From the NCBI GenBank assembly GCA_001768975.1, contig MEND01000029.1:1-47307 (forward strand): a DNA stretch of 47,307 nucleotides, in the 5' to 3' direction. Shown in pieces: positions 19,959 through 28,295 of this stretch (position 1 is its first letter; every line of letters starts with the position of its first letter). Both the position numbers and the translations under genes were made by a program. Under the pieces are notes generated by a model that made no database searches, had not been told where the DNA came from, and was given only the letters and a program-made list of their open reading frames with translations. The stretch comes from Bacteroidetes bacterium GWA2_31_9. GTDB taxonomy: Bacteria; Bacteroidota; Bacteroidia; Bacteroidales; GWF2-33-38.

Positions 19959-20453
19959 ATGGAAAAGAAAATCAGGAAAGTAGTTAAATATGAGAACCTA
20001 ACACCAGAGCTACTTAAGGAAATAAGTAAAAAATATCCAAATGGATTTAACGACCATTTAATAAAAGTAAATGGTCCATCAAATACTTTTTTTTATGCTT
20101 TTATGCTTGAGATGCCTGATGCTAGCTATCTTATAAAAGTTAATGTAAAGATTGATAGTGGGTTTGATGATGATGAGGATGAGGAAGAAGATGACAATTC
20201 AGGAATAGGACGTGAAGATGATAATTTTGCAGCTTCTGAAGAAGATGATGATGAAAAAGTAAAGCCAAGCAAGCCTATCGATGATGACGACGATGATGAC
20301 GATGAAGATGACGACGACGAGGATGACGATGAAGATACAGATGATGACGAGGATGACGAAGATGAAGATGATGAAAAATCTTCTAAAGGAAAAGCAAAAC
20401 CAAAAGCAAAAGATGTAAAAAAGAAAGTTGCTCCTAAAAAAACTAAAAAATAG
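19959..20453 (+). CDS. Hypothetical protein with a globular N-terminal domain, an approximately 90-aa poly-Asp/Glu tract and a Lys-rich C-terminal tail
   Basis: The ATG ORF is preceded by an A/T-rich promoter-like region. The residue composition is directly visible (DDDDDDDDEDDDDEDDDEDTDDDEDDEDEDDE...KGKAKPKAKDVKKKVAPKKTKK). Confidence 0.6.
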   Translation: MEKKIRKVVKYENLTPELLKEISKKYPNGFNDHLIKVNGPSNTFFYAFMLEMPDASYLIKVNVKIDSGFDDDEDEEEDDNSGIGREDDNFAASEEDDDEKVKPSKPIDDDDDDDDEDDDDEDDDEDTDDDEDDEDEDDEKSSKGKAKPKAKDVKKKVAPKKTKK

Positions 20454-20653
20454 TATTTAATTTTTTTTCTCTTCGACTTTAGGGCAATGTCATTAAGTTA
20501 AGCCAAAAAAACTTGAATTTGAATAACCTCCGATGCAATTGCATTGGCGTTAACTTAATAATCAATTTTTTATGGAAATTTAAAAATCAAAGATTTTTTC
20601 TCAGCGTTTATGAGCATTGTGTAATAAATTATTTTTTTTTGCAAAAATTGGTG

Positions 20654-21049
20654 TTAAAACTGATTATTGTCAAGTGAGATAATCATCTCATTTATAACAT
20701 CATTATTTAGTGGCTTAGTGTAATAATTATTAACTTTACTAAATAATTTTGCCTTATCGTAATCTCTATCATCTACAGAGGTTGTGAGCATATTTAGAGT
20801 AATGTTACAATCTAAATTTTGATATTGTTCCAGAAATTCAAAACCATTCATAATCGGCATGTTAATATCAAGTAGAATTAAATCGGGCATTTTGTTTTCA
20901 GAATTTTTGAGATAAATCAATGCGTCTTTCCCATTAAGAAATTCAATTATATTCATTTTGCTATCATAATTTGTTAAAAACATTTTGTTTAAAAAATTAT
21001 TTGCAGTGTCGTCATCAATAAGCATAATGAGTAGGTCTGATTTTTTCAT
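20654..21049 (-). CDS. Single-domain response regulator (CheY-like receiver)
   Basis: 131 aa. It contains MLIDDD, PDLILLDINMPIMNG, LTTS and a conserved K (YYTKP). Confidence 0.85.
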   Translation of the reverse strand: MKKSDLLIMLIDDDTANNFLNKMFLTNYDSKMNIIEFLNGKDALIYLKNSENKMPDLILLDINMPIMNGFEFLEQYQNLDCNITLNMLTTSVDDRDYDKAKLFSKVNNYYTKPLNNDVINEMIISLDNNQF

Positions 21050-21075
21050 ATGTTTTTTTTGTTAATAGTTAAAGA

Positions 21076-21096
21076 GTTTGAGGTTTGAGGTTTGAG
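21076..21096. repeat. Tandem heptamer GTTTGAG x3
   Basis: Directly visible. Single or double copies of the same heptamer occur at about 21228-21236, 22162-22168 and 22344-22357. Confidence 0.8.
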
Positions 21097-21100
21097 GTTC

Positions 21101-21188
21101 ATTGTTCTATTGTTCTATTGTTCTATTGTTCTATTGTTCCATTGTTCTATTGTTCCATTGTTCTATTGTTCTATTGTTCTATTGTTCT
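21101..21188. repeat. Tandem octamer array ATTGTTCT x11 (two ATTGTTCC variants)
   Basis: Counted by hand: 11 contiguous 8-bp units, followed by degenerate GTTTCTAT units. The array lies 52 bp upstream of the start codon (21049) of the minus-strand receiver gene. Confidence 0.9.
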
Positions 21189-21474
21189 ATGTGTTTTTTT
21201 CTATGTTTCTATGTGGTTAAGAGTGGTTTGAGGTTTAACTTCGTTGAGCTCGCAAGCTCGGTTGAAGTTGGCTACGAAGTTTCCTTACCGCTAAGTTGCA
21301 GTGATTCAAAATTTTATTTTAAATTTTACTTCTTAAATATTACTTTAATTGGGTTTGAAGTTGGCTACGCAGTTCATTCCTCATTTCTTCATTCATAAAT
21401 ACATAAATTCTTAAATTTCAAAATTCTAAATTTTTTTAGTGTTTATTATAATTGTGGACGTTTCATTTTTTGGT
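21189..21474. repeat. Copy 1 of an approximately 290-bp duplicated intergenic spacer containing a GC-rich hairpin
   Basis: Near-identical to 22300-22615 (gtggttaagagtggtttgaggttt aacttcgttgagctcgcaagctc.gttgaagttggctacgaagtttccttaccgctaagttgcagtga ... gggtttgaagttggctacgcagttcat.cctcatttcttcattc.taaat.cataaattcttaaatttcaaaattctaaatttttttagtgtttattataatt.tggacgtttcatttttt). Confidence 0.85.
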
Positions 21475-22131
21475 TTATTTTTTATTTAAATTATGTGCAG
21501 TTTCTTTAATCACATTATCAAGTTCAATTGAAGAATTTTTCAAATGTTTTAAAATTTCCGAAAGTTCATCTTTATTTTTGCAAACAGTATCTATTAAATT
21601 TACAAAACCTAATATATTAGCTAGTGGTTTTCTTAAATTGTGTGATGTAATAAAAGCATATTCACTTAATTGACGTGTTCGCTCTTCTACAATTTCTTCA
21701 AGATTTTGATTTAAATCCTGCAATTCTAATGCTTTGGTTCTTAAATCAATCTGAGTATTAACTCTTATAGTTAGTTCCTCATTATTAAATGGCTTTGTTA
21801 TATAATCAATTCCACCAAGGTTGAAGCCTTTTAATATACTTTCTGTATCGATAGCCGATGTCAAAAAAATTACAGGAATATCTTTTGTTTTTGCATTTGA
21901 TTTCAATATTTTACAAACATCAAAGCCACCCATTTCAGGCATTTGTATATCAAGTAAAATTAAATCGGGCATTTTGTTTTCAGAATTTTTGAGATAAATC
22001 AATGCTTCTTTTCCATTAAGAAATTCAATTATTTTTATTTTGCAATCATAATTTGTTAAAAACATTTTGTTTAAAAAGTTATTTAAAATGTCGTCATCAA
22101 CAAGCATAATGAGTACTTCTGATTTTTTCAT
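21475..22131 (-). CDS. Receiver + DHp (HisKA-like) protein lacking a catalytic ATPase domain; mosaic paralog
   Basis: The REC domain has MLVDDD, PDLILLDIQMPEMGG and ITKP. A coiled coil follows, then the H-box ITSHNLRKPLANILGF and a second DHp helix. The protein ends there at 218 aa, with no N/G1/G2 boxes. Confidence 0.85.
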   Translation of the reverse strand: MKKSEVLIMLVDDDILNNFLNKMFLTNYDCKIKIIEFLNGKEALIYLKNSENKMPDLILLDIQMPEMGGFDVCKILKSNAKTKDIPVIFLTSAIDTESILKGFNLGGIDYITKPFNNEELTIRVNTQIDLRTKALELQDLNQNLEEIVEERTRQLSEYAFITSHNLRKPLANILGFVNLIDTVCKNKDELSEILKHLKNSSIELDNVIKETAHNLNKK

Positions 22132-22171
22132 GTGTTTATATTTTTGTTAATAGTTAAAGGGTTTGAGGTTC

Positions 22172-22299
22172 ATTGTTCTATTGTTCTATTTTTCTATTGT
22201 TCTATTTTTCTATTGTTCTATTGTTCTATTTTTCTATTGTTCTATTTTTCTATTGTTCCATTGTTCTATTGTTCCATTGTTCTATTGTTCTATTGTTCT
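22172..22299. repeat. Tandem octamer array, 16 units (ATTGTTCT, ATTTTTCT and ATTGTTCC variants)
   Basis: Counted by hand: 16 contiguous 8-bp units, 41 bp upstream of the start codon (22131) of the minus-strand REC-DHp gene. Confidence 0.9.
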
Positions 22300-22615
22300 A
22301 TGTGTTTTTTTCTTTGTTTCTATGTTTCTATGTTTCTATGTGGTTAAGAGTGGTTTGAGGTTTGAGGTTTAACTTCGTTGAGCTCGCAAGCTCAGTTGAA
22401 GTTGGCTACGAAGTTTCCTTACCGCTAAGTTGCAGTGACGCAAAGTTTTATTTTTAATTTTACATTTTACTTCTTAAATATTACTTTAATTGGGTTTGAA
22501 GTTGGCTACGCAGTTCATGCCTCATTTCTTCATTCCTAAATCCATAAATTCTTAAATTTCAAAATTCTAAATTTTTTTAGTGTTTATTATAATTATGGAC
22601 GTTTCATTTTTTGGT
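22300..22615. repeat. Copy 2 of the duplicated intergenic spacer
   Basis: See 21189-21474. It has the same order of sub-elements, with small indels and point differences. Confidence 0.85.
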
Positions 22616-23260
22616 TTATTTTTTATTTAAATTATGTGCTGTTTCTTTAATAATATTATCAAGTTCGGTTGATGAATTTTTCAAATATTTTAATATTTCA
22701 GGAAACTGCTCTTTTTTATCTATTGATTGTTCAAGTATTGAAATAAAACCTATGATATTTGCCAATGGTTTTCTTAAATTGTGTGATGTTATAAAAGCAT
22801 ATTCATGTAATTGGTGTGTTCGCTCTTCTACAATTTTCTCAAGATTTTGATTTATTTTTTGCAATTCTAATGTTTTGGCTCTTAAATCAATATGAGTATT
22901 AACTCTTATAATTAGTTCCTCATTATTAAATGGTTTTGTTATATAATCCATTCCGCCTAGCTTAAAGCCTTTTACTATACTTTCTGTATCGGTAGCTGCT
23001 GTTAAAAATATTACTGGGATATCTTTTGTTTTGGCATTTGATTTCAATATTTTACAAACATCAAAGCCATCCATTTCGGGCATTTGTATATCAAGTAAAA
23101 TTAAATCGGGAGGCTGAATATTTACCGATTGCAAAGCTTTTGCGCCTGACGATGCAACATTTATATTGTATCCTTTTTCGTACAAAATTTTTCCAAGTAC
23201 TTGTAGGTTTTTAGAATTATCATCGACTATTAGTATTAGATTTTTTTTTATTGATGCCAT
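22616..23260 (-). CDS. Receiver + DHp (HisKA-like) protein lacking a catalytic ATPase domain
   Basis: 214 aa. REC has IVDDN, PDLILLDIQMPEMDG and ITKP. The H-box is ITSHNLRKPLANIIGF. There is no HATPase_c. The C-terminal two-thirds are near-identical to the 21475-22131 product. Confidence 0.85.
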   Translation of the reverse strand: MASIKKNLILIVDDNSKNLQVLGKILYEKGYNINVASSGAKALQSVNIQPPDLILLDIQMPEMDGFDVCKILKSNAKTKDIPVIFLTAATDTESIVKGFKLGGMDYITKPFNNEELIIRVNTHIDLRAKTLELQKINQNLEKIVEERTHQLHEYAFITSHNLRKPLANIIGFISILEQSIDKKEQFPEILKYLKNSSTELDNIIKETAHNLNKK

Positions 23261-23472
23261 ATTGGTTATAGTTTACTAATTACAGATTACTAATTAGTGC
23301 TTCTAAGAAAACTGTATATTTAAAAAAATACCAAATTTCAAACTTCAAAAAACAAATAAATTTCAAATTACAATTACCTAATATCCAAACTGTTTTGAGA
23401 ATTGTTTTTTTGAGAATTGGAATTTATTTGACATTTGTTTTTTGTTTTTTGTAGTTTTCTTACTAACACTAG

Positions 23473-26400
23473 TTATTGAGTTATAAATTTATTTAAGCTT
23501 TTTAAGGTTATATGAATTTTTTCGATGTTAAATGAGTTTATATAATTCTCTAATTTTGAGGAATATTCATTAATTTCTGAATTATTATATGCTTCATTAA
23601 ATTTTACTAATTTTTGAACAAAATCCTGCAACTCATCAATATTTAAAACATTTTGAAGTTTTGCTAATAAAGGCGTAAACTCACTAATCATTTCCTTTTT
23701 AGCATAAATAGAAAGCTTATTTTCCTTAGGAATTGCTAACTCATCTAATGTAATATTACTATCTGATAATTCTTCGTAAGGTAAATATTTGATAAGTTTT
23801 TCTAATAATTCATTTTTATAGATTGGCTTAATAAGAAATTCATCAGCTACTTTTTGAAACTCATCTCTCTGTTGTTTCATTCCCGATGCCGAAAGGGCAA
23901 TAACAGGAATATGTTTAAGTAAATTATCTGATTTTAAAATATTAATTGCAGTAAAACCATCCATTACAGGCATTTGCATATCCATTAATATTAAATCGGG
24001 TTTGTTTTTTCGTGTCGCATTAATGCACTCTGCACCATTCAATGTTTCAATAATTGTAACGTTCAAAGGTTCGAGATAACCCTTTATTACCTGACGATTC
24101 GATAGAATATCTTCTGCCATTAATATAATCGGATTGTGAAATTTAATATTCAATAATTTGTGATTGTTTTTATTTTCGTCGATATGGAATGACGATATTT
24201 CCAAATCAAAAAGAGATACACTAAAAGTTGAACCAAAACCAATTTTACTTTCAACAGAAATTTTACCACCTATCAACTCAACCAATCGTTTGGTTATGCT
24301 TAAACCAAGCCCTGTTCCGCCATATTTGTTTCGATTTTTGTGAATTACCTGAATAAATGGGTCAAATATTATATTTAACTGGTCTTCAGGAATGCCAATA
24401 CCAGTGTCTTTAACTACAAAAATTAAATCTACTTTACTGCCATGTATATCTTTTGGAATAATATTTACAGCAATTTCTACAGAACCGATGTTTGTGAACT
24501 TAACAGCATTTCCAATTAGATTAAATAAAATTTGTCTTAAAAATTTTTCATCTGTAATTAGGCTATCGGGAATATCTTTTGAAATAAGAATATTTAATGT
24601 TATTCCTTTTTCTTTTGCTTTCATTTGAAAAACAGACTTTAGCTCCAATATAATGCTATTCAAATTAACTGGCTGATAATCTATTACCATTCGCCCTGAT
24701 TCTATTTTTGAAAGGTCAAGTATATCATTTATAATAGAAAGAAGTACTTTACTACTCTGCATTATATTATCAAGATATTCGGTAAATACCTTTTGCCCTG
24801 TAGTTTTTTCTTTAAGGATACTTGAGAACCCAACAATGGCATTTAATGGTGTACGTATTTCGTGGCTCATGTTTGCCAGAAACTCGCTTTTCATGCGATT
24901 TGCATCTTCGGCAGATTCTTTAGATTTGATTAATTCTTCTTCTGTTCTTTTTAATTTAGTTACATCTTCTTTCATTGCGATAAAATTGGATATTGTACCA
25001 TTATCATCAAGCACTGGTGCAATAGTATTTTGTTCCCAATACAATTCGCTAGATTTATTTTTGTTGCAAATAATGCCTTTCCATGCTTTACCCGAAAGAA
25101 TAGTATCCCACAATTCTTTATAAAAAGCATTATCATGTATGCCAGATTTAAGTAAAGTGGTTTTGTTTCCTAAAAGTTCTTCTTTTGTATATCCTGAAAT
25201 GCTTAAAAAATTATTATTTATATACTCAATTGCGCCATCGGGCTTTGTAATAACTATTCCCACTGGATTTTGCTCAACAACAACAGCCATTTTTTTAAGT
25301 TCATTTTCAAATCTTTTTCGTTCACTTATATCTCTAATGATGGACTGATAAGTTCCATCCGGCATTTTTTTAGCATTTATTTCAACTGGGACTTCACTAT
25401 TGTCTTTTCTTATGAGGTTGCGTTCTACATGTACAATTTCTCCCAAGTTAAGCTGATTATATCTTAAAGGATTATATTTTAAATCTTCCTTTTTGAATAA
25501 ATCTTCCTTTTTCATATTTAAAAGTTCATCTTTTGAATATCCTGTAAGGAGCAATGAAACATTGTTAATCCGAATGAAATTTCCATTAATATCAAACTGA
25601 AGTATAGAATCTACGGCATCTTCGATGAGATTTCTGAATTTTTCTTCACTTTCAGAAAGTTCATTTTCAATATTAATTCGTTCTTCTATTTCTTCTTTTA
25701 ATTCAATATTTTTAGCATTCAATTCTTCTGTTCTTTGACTTACAGTTATCTCTAGATTATCTAAGGTTTTCTGTAATTCATCTTCGCTATTTTTCCTGAC
25801 AATAATTCCCGCCAATGTATTGGCAATGGCATGTAAAAAATTAATTTCTGTTTTATTTTTAATATGGTTTGGTTTTAAGTAAATATTGATTACACCAAGA
25901 GTTTTACCTGCATAAACAATTGGGATACAATAATGTCCATGTTCATGAATTCCATTATAAGTAATTTTATGTTCTTCATTTAATCTGTTTGAAAATTGGT
26001 TTTCCTGCGTTGATGCAGCCCTTCCACAATGGCACAATCCGAACGGAACAGATTTGCAGGCTTTTTTTATGTATTCTCCAAGATTTTTTTCAACTACCAT
26101 TATAAGTGCATCCTCCTTCTTATTAGCAAGGAAAATACATCCTTTTGATTCAAGGTTAAGCGAAGGAACATTAATAATAAGGTCGAAAGTTTGTTTCAGT
26201 AATTCTATAAGGGGAACATTTTTAATAGATAATTGTAATATCGAATTTAATGTTGTTTGAATATAATAATTAAATTTAAAGAGAACTTCTTCCTTCTTAC
26301 GGTCAGTGATGTCTTTCACAAAACCAAGAATTCTTGTGTCTGATAGTTTAACTCCATCAATAGACCATATTTTGTCTGTGCTGTTTTTATGTCTATAATG

Positions 26401-28143
26401 CAATTCGCAGTTACCAAAACCAGTACTCATAACTTTTAAAAATTCATTTCCTGCTTTTTCTAAAGATTCGGGAGAAGTAATATTTAAGACAGTCATATTT
26501 AAAAGCTCAGTCTCTGAATAGCCGGTTATTTGACAAGCAGCTTTATTTACTTCTAAATATTTTCCATTTTCATCTGCTATAAAAACACCATCAGGCATAT
26601 TCTCAATATAACTTCGGAATTTTTCTTCGCTTTCACTTATTGCTATTTCAGCAATTTTGCGTTCGCTTATATCCTGACAAGTACCTACAGCCTTTAGTGG
26701 CTTTCCATTATCATCAACTACAATTTGCCAGCGTTCCTCAACGAACTTAACAAGACCAGAGGGTGTAATAATCTGATGGTCGATTATATTGAGAGAATGG
26801 TTTTCGAGTGAAGTTACAAAAGCATCATCAACAATTTTCTTGTCGTCGGGATGAACGAATGATAAAAATGCAGGATGTGATGCCTCGAAAACATCTTTAT
26901 CAATTTCAAAAATATGGTATATCTCTTCGGACCATATTACACTTAAATCGGAGAGGTTTGTTTCCCAACTGCCAATTTTTGCTACAGCCTGTGCATTTTT
27001 TAATGAAAATTCGCTTGCTCTTAATGCAATTTCCGCCATTTTGCGCTCAGAAATATCACGAACAATCATGCTGGTTTTTAATTGGTCATTTGCATCACTG
27101 AAAATGGATGAGGTTAGCTCAGCAGGGAACTGGGTTCCATCTTTTCGGATAAGTGTTAATTCCCCGGATGCTTTTCCTGTTTTTTCCCTCTGCTTTAACA
27201 ACTCCGATAACCGGATGTCTGTGATATCAACAATACTTGCTCTTCCACCTGAAATCAATTCGCTTTCTGTATAACCAAACATGGTGCATGCAGAAGGATT
27301 TGCAGAGGCTATTCCTCCATCAGGCAATGTCAATAGAATAGCATCCATACTATTTTCAAAAAATGCCCGGTATTTGGCTTCAGATACTTTATAGGCATTT
27401 TCTGTACGTTTACGCTCTGTAATATCCCTAATGTTGCATTGAATTACTTTATGATTATTTACTAAATACACATTACTGACAAACTCAACATTAATTTGTT
27501 TCCCGTCAGCAGTTTTAAGCGGTAAATCTTCATAACGGACATATTTATTTTGTTGTAATTCTGAAAATTTATCTTTATTCGCAATTATATCTTTTAAGAA
27601 TCCTATTTCCCATATTTCTTTTTCAAGAAATTGTTCTTTTGAATAACCTAATTTTTCAATTAGAAATGGATTTACATCCATAATCATTCCGGTATCAGCA
27701 TCAAGGATAATAATTCCATCTTTCGCTGTTTCAAAAAGGCGACGATAACGGGTTTCGGAAGCAATCAATGTTTCAGCTATTTTCTGTGCTTTTTTTTTGG
27801 AATTTCTTGCAATTTCAGCAATTAATGAAATCAGTATGCAGTTAAATATAAAAAAAAATAATGCTAACCAATCATCACTATTTGAGATAAATGGCTTTGA
27901 TGCAAATAATTTCCATCCAAAAATTATTAATAAGCAGGAAAAAAATATCCCCACCATTCCAGAATAAAATCCACCATAGAATATAGTAATTATAATAGCT
28001 GGATAGAAAGTCAACCAAGTAATTTTATTTTCAAGTGAGCCTAAAAATAAATATCGGACTAAAGCTGCAATAAATACAGCTAATAATGCAAAAGAAACTA
28101 TGTATAATATTTTTATGTATATGTTTTTGATTGAAGGCATCAT
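23473..28143 (-). CDS. Membrane-anchored multi-sensor hybrid histidine kinase (multiple PAS, GAF-like, HisKA, HATPase_c, REC, C-terminal helical extension)
   Basis: 1556 aa. It has about 4 N-terminal TM helices. There are at least 5 PAS modules, each ending in ..RDI(T/S)ERK. A Cys/His-containing GAF-like segment is present (CHCGRAAS...HGHYCIPI). The H-box is SHEIRTPLNAIVGF, the ATPase boxes are NLIGNAVKFT, DTGIGI and GGTGLGLSI, and the receiver is PDLILMDMQMPVMDG. In the last approximately 150 aa I did not see an HxxKG Hpt motif. Confidence 0.9.
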   Translation of the reverse strand: MMPSIKNIYIKILYIVSFALLAVFIAALVRYLFLGSLENKITWLTFYPAIIITIFYGGFYSGMVGIFFSCLLIIFGWKLFASKPFISNSDDWLALFFFIFNCILISLIAEIARNSKKKAQKIAETLIASETRYRRLFETAKDGIIILDADTGMIMDVNPFLIEKLGYSKEQFLEKEIWEIGFLKDIIANKDKFSELQQNKYVRYEDLPLKTADGKQINVEFVSNVYLVNNHKVIQCNIRDITERKRTENAYKVSEAKYRAFFENSMDAILLTLPDGGIASANPSACTMFGYTESELISGGRASIVDITDIRLSELLKQREKTGKASGELTLIRKDGTQFPAELTSSIFSDANDQLKTSMIVRDISERKMAEIALRASEFSLKNAQAVAKIGSWETNLSDLSVIWSEEIYHIFEIDKDVFEASHPAFLSFVHPDDKKIVDDAFVTSLENHSLNIIDHQIITPSGLVKFVEERWQIVVDDNGKPLKAVGTCQDISERKIAEIAISESEEKFRSYIENMPDGVFIADENGKYLEVNKAACQITGYSETELLNMTVLNITSPESLEKAGNEFLKVMSTGFGNCELHYRHKNSTDKIWSIDGVKLSDTRILGFVKDITDRKKEEVLFKFNYYIQTTLNSILQLSIKNVPLIELLKQTFDLIINVPSLNLESKGCIFLANKKEDALIMVVEKNLGEYIKKACKSVPFGLCHCGRAASTQENQFSNRLNEEHKITYNGIHEHGHYCIPIVYAGKTLGVINIYLKPNHIKNKTEINFLHAIANTLAGIIVRKNSEDELQKTLDNLEITVSQRTEELNAKNIELKEEIEERINIENELSESEEKFRNLIEDAVDSILQFDINGNFIRINNVSLLLTGYSKDELLNMKKEDLFKKEDLKYNPLRYNQLNLGEIVHVERNLIRKDNSEVPVEINAKKMPDGTYQSIIRDISERKRFENELKKMAVVVEQNPVGIVITKPDGAIEYINNNFLSISGYTKEELLGNKTTLLKSGIHDNAFYKELWDTILSGKAWKGIICNKNKSSELYWEQNTIAPVLDDNGTISNFIAMKEDVTKLKRTEEELIKSKESAEDANRMKSEFLANMSHEIRTPLNAIVGFSSILKEKTTGQKVFTEYLDNIMQSSKVLLSIINDILDLSKIESGRMVIDYQPVNLNSIILELKSVFQMKAKEKGITLNILISKDIPDSLITDEKFLRQILFNLIGNAVKFTNIGSVEIAVNIIPKDIHGSKVDLIFVVKDTGIGIPEDQLNIIFDPFIQVIHKNRNKYGGTGLGLSITKRLVELIGGKISVESKIGFGSTFSVSLFDLEISSFHIDENKNNHKLLNIKFHNPIILMAEDILSNRQVIKGYLEPLNVTIIETLNGAECINATRKNKPDLILMDMQMPVMDGFTAINILKSDNLLKHIPVIALSASGMKQQRDEFQKVADEFLIKPIYKNELLEKLIKYLPYEELSDSNITLDELAIPKENKLSIYAKKEMISEFTPLLAKLQNVLNIDELQDFVQKLVKFNEAYNNSEINEYSSKLENYINSFNIEKIHITLKSLNKFITQ

Positions 28144-28295
28144 AAATAAAATAGTTTTTAAATTATTTTAACAAATATGCAAACAATAAAAGCACGGTTA
28201 TTACACAATTTATTATATAAGTTGTATTATTCACACATTAGAATAAATCAATAATTGGAAACGCAAAAGATATGATTAATTGAACTAACTTTTAA

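Noticed and set aside
20491-20572. Long imperfect hairpin (cattaagttaagcc ... ccgatgcaattgcattgg ... ggcgttaacttaat) between convergent genes as a bidirectional terminator
   Set aside because: The stems are interrupted and the flanking T/A runs are weak. It is plausible, but I cannot distinguish it from a chance palindrome (ATGCAATTGCAT) in AT-rich DNA.
21102-21398. Plus-strand ORF (98 aa, MFYCSIVLLFYCSIVLLFHCS...) across the first octamer array
   Set aside because: The periodic peptide is simply the translation of the 8-bp tandem repeat read in three frames (24-nt period). It uses a non-ATG start and lies antisense to the gene cluster.
21101-22299. Possibility that the repeat arrays are CRISPR arrays
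   Set aside because: The units are 8 bp and contiguous with no unique spacers. No cas genes are in the window.
22132-22372. Three overlapping plus-strand ORFs (61-71 aa) across the second octamer array
   Set aside because: Same artefact. All three frames are open only because the repeat lacks stop codons, so mutually overlapping ORFs cannot all be genes.
23473-28143. Numerous 60-97-aa plus-strand ORFs inside the hybrid kinase gene (for example 24392-24628, 24836-25123, 26808-27101)
   Set aside because: All are antisense to a long ORF with clear domain content. Their products are low-complexity and typical of shadow ORFs in AT-rich DNA. The same reasoning applies to the short ORFs inside 2307-3584, 14170-17919, 18043-19086, 28296-29486, 29970-31181, 32530-34320, 34522-36291, 37467-38777, 39164-40288, 40418-41833, 42206-43129 and 43711-46602.
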